A DNA stretch of 31,125 nucleotides from a virus (Duplodnaviria > Caudoviricetes): IMG/VR virus record IMGVR_UViG_3300032221_000192, positions 1 through 31,125 of that record. One strand, written 5' to 3'. The position numbers were made by a program, and so were the translations under genes. Every line of letters begins with the position of its first letter. Within the stretch, counting starts at the first letter, position 1. This document shows positions 27,378-31,125 of this stretch, one piece after another. The notes below the pieces were generated by a model, which worked only from the letters and a program-made list of their open reading frames with translations, had not been told where the DNA came from and ran no database searches.

Positions 27378-28243
27378 ATCCATTTATTTTTAAAATCCCC
27401 TAACTCTCGCTGGCTTAAACCGAAATGTTTAGCTAAATTTTCCTCGTCTCTAAAATCTTCTAAAAGATCTAGCCATGTATTACGACTAATTAAACGGCGT
27501 AGTAAAGGTACTTCAAGCCCGCTAACTTTAACAGATTCAACCTGATAATCTTCAAATGCTTCACATGCTGCTGGAAATAAGGGTTTTACTAGATTGTATA
27601 AAGCATTAGCATATTCACGAATTTCCCACTGAGCATGAGGATCCATACGCAAGCGAGCCATATTTAAGAAATTTTTAAGATTTGATTTCCAGTAGCATTC
27701 TGTATATCCACCTACAGGAAGTATAGCTCTAGCAGATTCTCGAGCTAAGTTAAAATGATTTATATAGTGTTCGTATGTTTGATAATTATATTCCCAAGTA
27801 CGTATCATACTTTCGATAGTGAACTCTTTTTCTTCATCGCTAAGTTCGTCTTCGCGTCCTTGTTTATTATTAGTACTTTGCTCTTTTAACTGTTCTTTAG
27901 GAGGGATATAAAATTCATCAGTAATCACAGAATAACGAGCAGAATATTCGTTCAAACTCGCTGTTCTATGTCTTACTAATTGACGCATAACAAAAATGGG
28001 AAGTTTAATATGAAATTTAACTTCACACATTTCGAAAGGAGTAGTGTGCTCGTGGCGCATAAGATAGCGAATCAAGCCTCGATCAGTGTTTACGCTTTTT
28101 GTACCTTTACCATAACTAACACGGGCTGCTTGGACAATAGCATCGTCGCTACCCATATAATCTATTAAACCCACAAAACCGTGATCTAATACAGGAACAT
28201 AATTAGGGTCATTAGCAAAGTCAATCTCATTGCGTAAAGTCAT
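27371..28243 (-). CDS. thyX: FAD-dependent thymidylate synthase
   Basis: ThyX signature RHRTASLNEYSARY (RHRx7SxR), plus IVQAARVSY, HTTPFE and HAQWEIREYA. Confidence 0.97.
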   Translation of the reverse strand: MTLRNEIDFANDPNYVPVLDHGFVGLIDYMGSDDAIVQAARVSYGKGTKSVNTDRGLIRYLMRHEHTTPFEMCEVKFHIKLPIFVMRQLVRHRTASLNEYSARYSVITDEFYIPPKEQLKEQSTNNKQGREDELSDEEKEFTIESMIRTWEYNYQTYEHYINHFNLARESARAILPVGGYTECYWKSNLKNFLNMARLRMDPHAQWEIREYANALYNLVKPLFPAACEAFEDYQVESVKVSGLEVPLLRRLISRNTWLDLLEDFRDEENLAKHFGLSQRELGDFKNKWIS

Positions 28244-28560
28244 TTTTTCCTCTTTAAAAACTTATTAGTTGTTTTAGTGATGTCTTTTTTTAATCTATCA
28301 ATGTCCATTCGAAAATCAACATGTTGAATTTGTTTTTCATAATTTTGGAATAATTCATTTAAAGTTTCAGTAAATTTCTCACCACTACCTTCTTTATGTT
28401 CTTTCTTTAGAACAACATTCCAGACATTACCATCCTGAAATGTTATTACAACACTATGAAGATAAAAGATAGGAATAGCAGAAAGATTTACGTCGCCTAA
28501 AATTTCAGGCCACTGATCAATCATATCCTGATTAAGTGGTTTCTGCATTTTTTTTGGCAC
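28240..28560 (-). CDS. Hypothetical protein
   Basis: 106 aa; GTG start at 28560 or ATG at 28548; ATGA overlap with thyX. Confidence 0.6.
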   Translation of the reverse strand: MPKKMQKPLNQDMIDQWPEILGDVNLSAIPIFYLHSVVITFQDGNVWNVVLKKEHKEGSGEKFTETLNELFQNYEKQIQHVDFRMDIDRLKKDITKTTNKFLKRKK

Positions 28561-29191
28561 TTACGGTCTTCTTCTTGGGCGGATCTAAATCATCTGCCAT
28601 TTTTCTTAGTTTAGCTGCTTCCTTATAAAGTTTGTCAGCTTGTGAACGATAATCACTAGCTGATAGTGGCTTATCAGAATTAACATTAGTACTTGGAGGA
28701 ATCAAAGTATCTGTTGATTCAATAATTTGATTACTATTATCTAATGCTGAAATGTCCTTAATTTCGACTTCGTCTACTTTAATATTATTCTTCTTAACAT
28801 GGGGCATATCGGCTTTAATAGAAAGATCATCAAGAGCGACACCCTTCTGCTCTGCAATCATTAGATTCAACTCGTCTAATGAAATTTGTGTAGAAGTATC
28901 TGGAGTCATCCAAACTTTATCTGTAGCGACTTTAACAAGCTTACCTGTTAAATGAAGTTGCTCCAATATATTTGTTCCGTCAGGGAAAAATCTTGTACTA
29001 AGAGCGTCGCCTAATTCGTTTGCCTGCTGACCATCCTGGCTTTCCACAACTTGCATCAATGCATTATGATATAGATCAACTAATGTTGCTGTTCCTATAA
29101 CTAAAGCACTATGAGAGTCGCCAGGTAATGTTCTATAAATGATACAAACCTTTGCATCATTATGTTTCATTTTACCAACATGTTTAAGCAT
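28532..29191 (-). CDS. Hypothetical protein
   Basis: 219 aa, coupled to its neighbours; globular N-terminus and helical, basic C-terminus. Confidence 0.65.
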   Translation of the reverse strand: MLKHVGKMKHNDAKVCIIYRTLPGDSHSALVIGTATLVDLYHNALMQVVESQDGQQANELGDALSTRFFPDGTNILEQLHLTGKLVKVATDKVWMTPDTSTQISLDELNLMIAEQKGVALDDLSIKADMPHVKKNNIKVDEVEIKDISALDNSNQIIESTDTLIPPSTNVNSDKPLSASDYRSQADKLYKEAAKLRKMADDLDPPKKKTVSAKKNAETT

Positions 29192-29432
29192 TTGGTGCTG
29201 CCTGTGCCTGCTGAGCAGCCTGACTCTGCTTTGCAGCTACTTCTAGAAATTTTTCTAGTTTTGCATATACAGATCCAACAGCTACCATCTCATTAGGCTT
29301 AAATGCACCTCTGTTACTAGCAACATCGATGATAGATTTTAGCGATGCTAAATCATTTAAAGTTAAATCAACTGTATTAGGATCATCCTGTGGGGCAGCA
29401 GCAGGTGTAGGATTAGTAGTTTCTTCAGACAT
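29184..29432 (-). CDS. Small hypothetical helical protein
   Basis: 82 aa with strong RBS AAGGAG; core IIDVASNRGAFKPNEM flanked by low-complexity tails. Confidence 0.7.
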   Translation of the reverse strand: MSEETTNPTPAAAPQDDPNTVDLTLNDLASLKSIIDVASNRGAFKPNEMVAVGSVYAKLEKFLEVAAKQSQAAQQAQAAPNA

Positions 29433-29455
29433 ATTTTTACTCCTTCAATGTCAAT

Positions 29456-29484
29456 ATTATATAACAGAGAAGTAGTTTACGCAA
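29456..29484 (-). promoter_or_regulatory. sigma70-type promoter (TTGCGT-17-TATAAT)
   Basis: On the - strand: TTGCGT at 29484-29479, 17-bp spacer, TATAAT at 29461-29456. It lies upstream of the RBS and ATG 29432 and would drive the run of genes ending in thyX. Confidence 0.5.
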
Positions 29485-29764
29485 CCTTAGATTTGGCCAA
29501 GTGAGGACAACTTAAAAGAAAGATTGTAGATTCATGTGGATCTTCGAAAGCAATAGCGTCGTATGCAGCTATTCTATTGTCATCTAACTTAGTTAATGAT
29601 CCTATCCAATATCGACCTTTAAGGTTTTCTTCAATCCAATAAATGATATCATGACGATATAACCCAGTTGATCCTTTTGCAGAAATAGGAGTCATATGTG
29701 GTAGCAGGCACTCCTGTCGCCTGCTACCGATTACATTAAGTGGGTTAACTTTGAACTCCTTCAT
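29477..29764 (-). CDS. Hypothetical protein
   Basis: 95 aa, TAATG-coupled to the vWA gene; WIEENLKGRY...IAFEDPHESTIFLL is a pattern seen in small phage proteins. Confidence 0.65.
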   Translation of the reverse strand: MKEFKVNPLNVIGSRRQECLLPHMTPISAKGSTGLYRHDIIYWIEENLKGRYWIGSLTKLDDNRIAAYDAIAFEDPHESTIFLLSCPHLAKSKVA

Positions 29765-31002
29765 TATGCCTTCTCATCATAGTGGCTGTATGTACCAAAC
29801 GGAGGAGTAATGTTAGCAGGACCGTGAATGATAAAGATTGTGTCGCAATAATCTTCATCACCCCAGCTACCCCACGGATAACCGTCTGTGAACATAATGA
29901 ACTTCTTAGGAACAATCTGTTCTTCCTTCATATAAGTCCAGTTAACATCAAAATCAGTACCGCCGCCTCCCTTAGGCTCGTAAGAATCAAACTCTTGAAT
30001 ATTATCCTGTGTAATATCGATTGGATTATAAATGTCGGTATCGAAAGTCCACAATTTTAGTTTAAAGTCTTTAAACGAATCCATGATACCTTTGATTTCA
30101 CTCAAAAAATCTTTAGCCTGTTTGTCGCTAATCGAACCAGACATATCGATGCAAACACAAATATCAATGGTCTGATCAAAGTTCATGCCTGGAAGAATAG
30201 CACCAGTATGCCAACCTTTACGCGAAGGACGCATCCAAGTATAGTCGTTGCGTATAGTGCTCTGGATCTGTTGTTTGAGTAATTCACGCCAGTTGATCTT
30301 AGGCTCAGTGAGTTCTGCGATCATACGACGCACACCGGCAGGAATATTACCAGCACCGGCACTCTGTGCCGCACTAATCATAGCCTCTTTAATCTCATCA
30401 CGGATCTTTTTTAATTCTTCTTTGCTATACTGAACACGTTTAGTTTTACCTTCGCCGTCCTTACCTTCGCCCTTACCGTCCTTATCTGGATCCATATGCT
30501 GGTCCAACAGTTCGCCTAACTGTTCTAATTCTTCCATATCATATTTCTCAAAGATCTCGTCGTAGATTTCTTCAGCACTCTTACCGCGATATTTGTTATC
30601 TTGAAAGATTTTAATCTGCGAAACCTTCTCACCAATCTTGTCATCAACAAGGATCTGGTTGATAGCATAATCTGTAGCAATATTCCAAATCTGTGCATCA
30701 CGATCACCGCGGCGGAACATATGTTCAAACACGTTATGAAGCACTTCGTGAGCAAACACAAACTCGGTCTGCTTTGGATTTAGTGTATCGATAAATTCTG
30801 GAGCATAATAAAAGTGACGACCATCTGTAGCAGCAGTCTTAACAAAGTGATCACCTTCGCAATTAACCATACGTAGACGTGTAGCCATGTTACCAAAAAA
30901 TGAATGACGCAGAAGCAAACCTACGCGAGCCGTAATAAGTTTCTCTTCAATTTTACGATGATCAACTTTGGATTTTGGCTTCTCGGTAATTTCTGTAGAC
31001 AT
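29764..31002 (-). CDS. DUF2201-type metallopeptidase + vWA domain protein (usual partner of a MoxR-type AAA+ ATPase)
   Basis: TAATDG, HEVLH (HExxH), WNIATDYAIN, MIDAS-like IDMSGS, GGGGTDF and FTDGY. Confidence 0.88.
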   Translation of the reverse strand: MSTEITEKPKSKVDHRKIEEKLITARVGLLLRHSFFGNMATRLRMVNCEGDHFVKTAATDGRHFYYAPEFIDTLNPKQTEFVFAHEVLHNVFEHMFRRGDRDAQIWNIATDYAINQILVDDKIGEKVSQIKIFQDNKYRGKSAEEIYDEIFEKYDMEELEQLGELLDQHMDPDKDGKGEGKDGEGKTKRVQYSKEELKKIRDEIKEAMISAAQSAGAGNIPAGVRRMIAELTEPKINWRELLKQQIQSTIRNDYTWMRPSRKGWHTGAILPGMNFDQTIDICVCIDMSGSISDKQAKDFLSEIKGIMDSFKDFKLKLWTFDTDIYNPIDITQDNIQEFDSYEPKGGGGTDFDVNWTYMKEEQIVPKKFIMFTDGYPWGSWGDEDYCDTIFIIHGPANITPPFGTYSHYDEKA

Positions 31003-31026
31003 TCGACATCTCCGTGTTATACGAGT

Positions 31027-31054
31027 ATAATAGCATCTTGTTAGAACTTGTCAA
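31027..31054 (-). promoter_or_regulatory. sigma70-type early promoter (TTGACA, 16 bp, extended -10 TGcTATTAT)
   Basis: On the - strand: TTGACA at 31054-31049 and TATTAT at 31032-31027 preceded by TGC. The RBS GGAGA at 31013-31009 precedes ATG 31002. Confidence 0.65.
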
Positions 31055-31124
31055 CTGGTAAACTCATCATTGATTTGGATCCTTCTTCTATTCGATGCCA
31101 AAGTAACTCAGTTTCTGGAAGAAT
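31041..31124 (-). CDS. Possible 3' end of a gene entering from the right edge
   Basis: Open frame ...ILPETELLWHRIEEGSKSMMSLPVDKF* ending in TAA at 31043-31041; too short to verify. Confidence 0.3.
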   Translation of the reverse strand: MLPETELLWHRIEEGSKSMMSLPVDKF

Positions 31125-31125
31125 A

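Noticed and set aside
28545-28560. Programmed frameshift at the A8 run (- strand) in the overlap of two hypothetical genes
   Set aside because: Fusion would need a +1/-2 shift rather than the usual -1, no stimulatory structure is evident, and the downstream ORF has its own start codons.
29449-29454. TTGACA on the - strand as a -35 box
   Set aside because: No -10 box at 16-18 bp (that position falls in the start codon region); the TTGCGT/TATAAT pair just upstream fits better.
7763-30783. Short ORFs in the track nested in or antisense to long genes (e.g. 7945-8214, 8547-8855, 12021-12317, 24575-24844, 29782-30060, 30525-30761)
   Set aside because: They overlap well-supported genes, have no recognisable motifs and look like shadow frames.

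Overview
AT-rich, gene-dense fragment of a large tailed dsDNA phage genome (jumbo/T4-like myovirus style). I found no rRNA, tRNA, CRISPR array or mobile element. It has two convergent blocks. The + strand (1-23101) starts with the 3' end of a very large virion protein, a baseplate/tail protein, three paralogous tail-fibre proteins (one with a tail-collar domain, one with a peptidase-G2-type self-cleaving chaperone) and a pair of paralogous virion proteins. These run into a tightly coupled ~12.6 kb enzyme island: four GT-A glycosyltransferase-like genes (one internally amplified), five radical SAM genes (four with an N-terminal twitch/SPASM-like module), a class I methyltransferase and a permuted NlpC/P60 enzyme. 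The - strand (23091-31125) carries a GNAT-like gene, a subtilisin (S8) protease with a large insertion, another tail fibre, thyX, four hypothetical genes and a DUF2201-type metallopeptidase/vWA gene. The best candidate for an undescribed system is the GT + radical SAM + methyl/acyltransferase island bracketed by tail-fibre genes, which I infer may build and tailor a virion (or DNA) glycan. The intergenic DNA also shows a putative late-promoter motif (ATAAATA), a leader shared by two tail-fibre genes, an RBS-occluding hairpin and sigma70-type promoters. All product calls come from motif recognition by eye; no database search was run.
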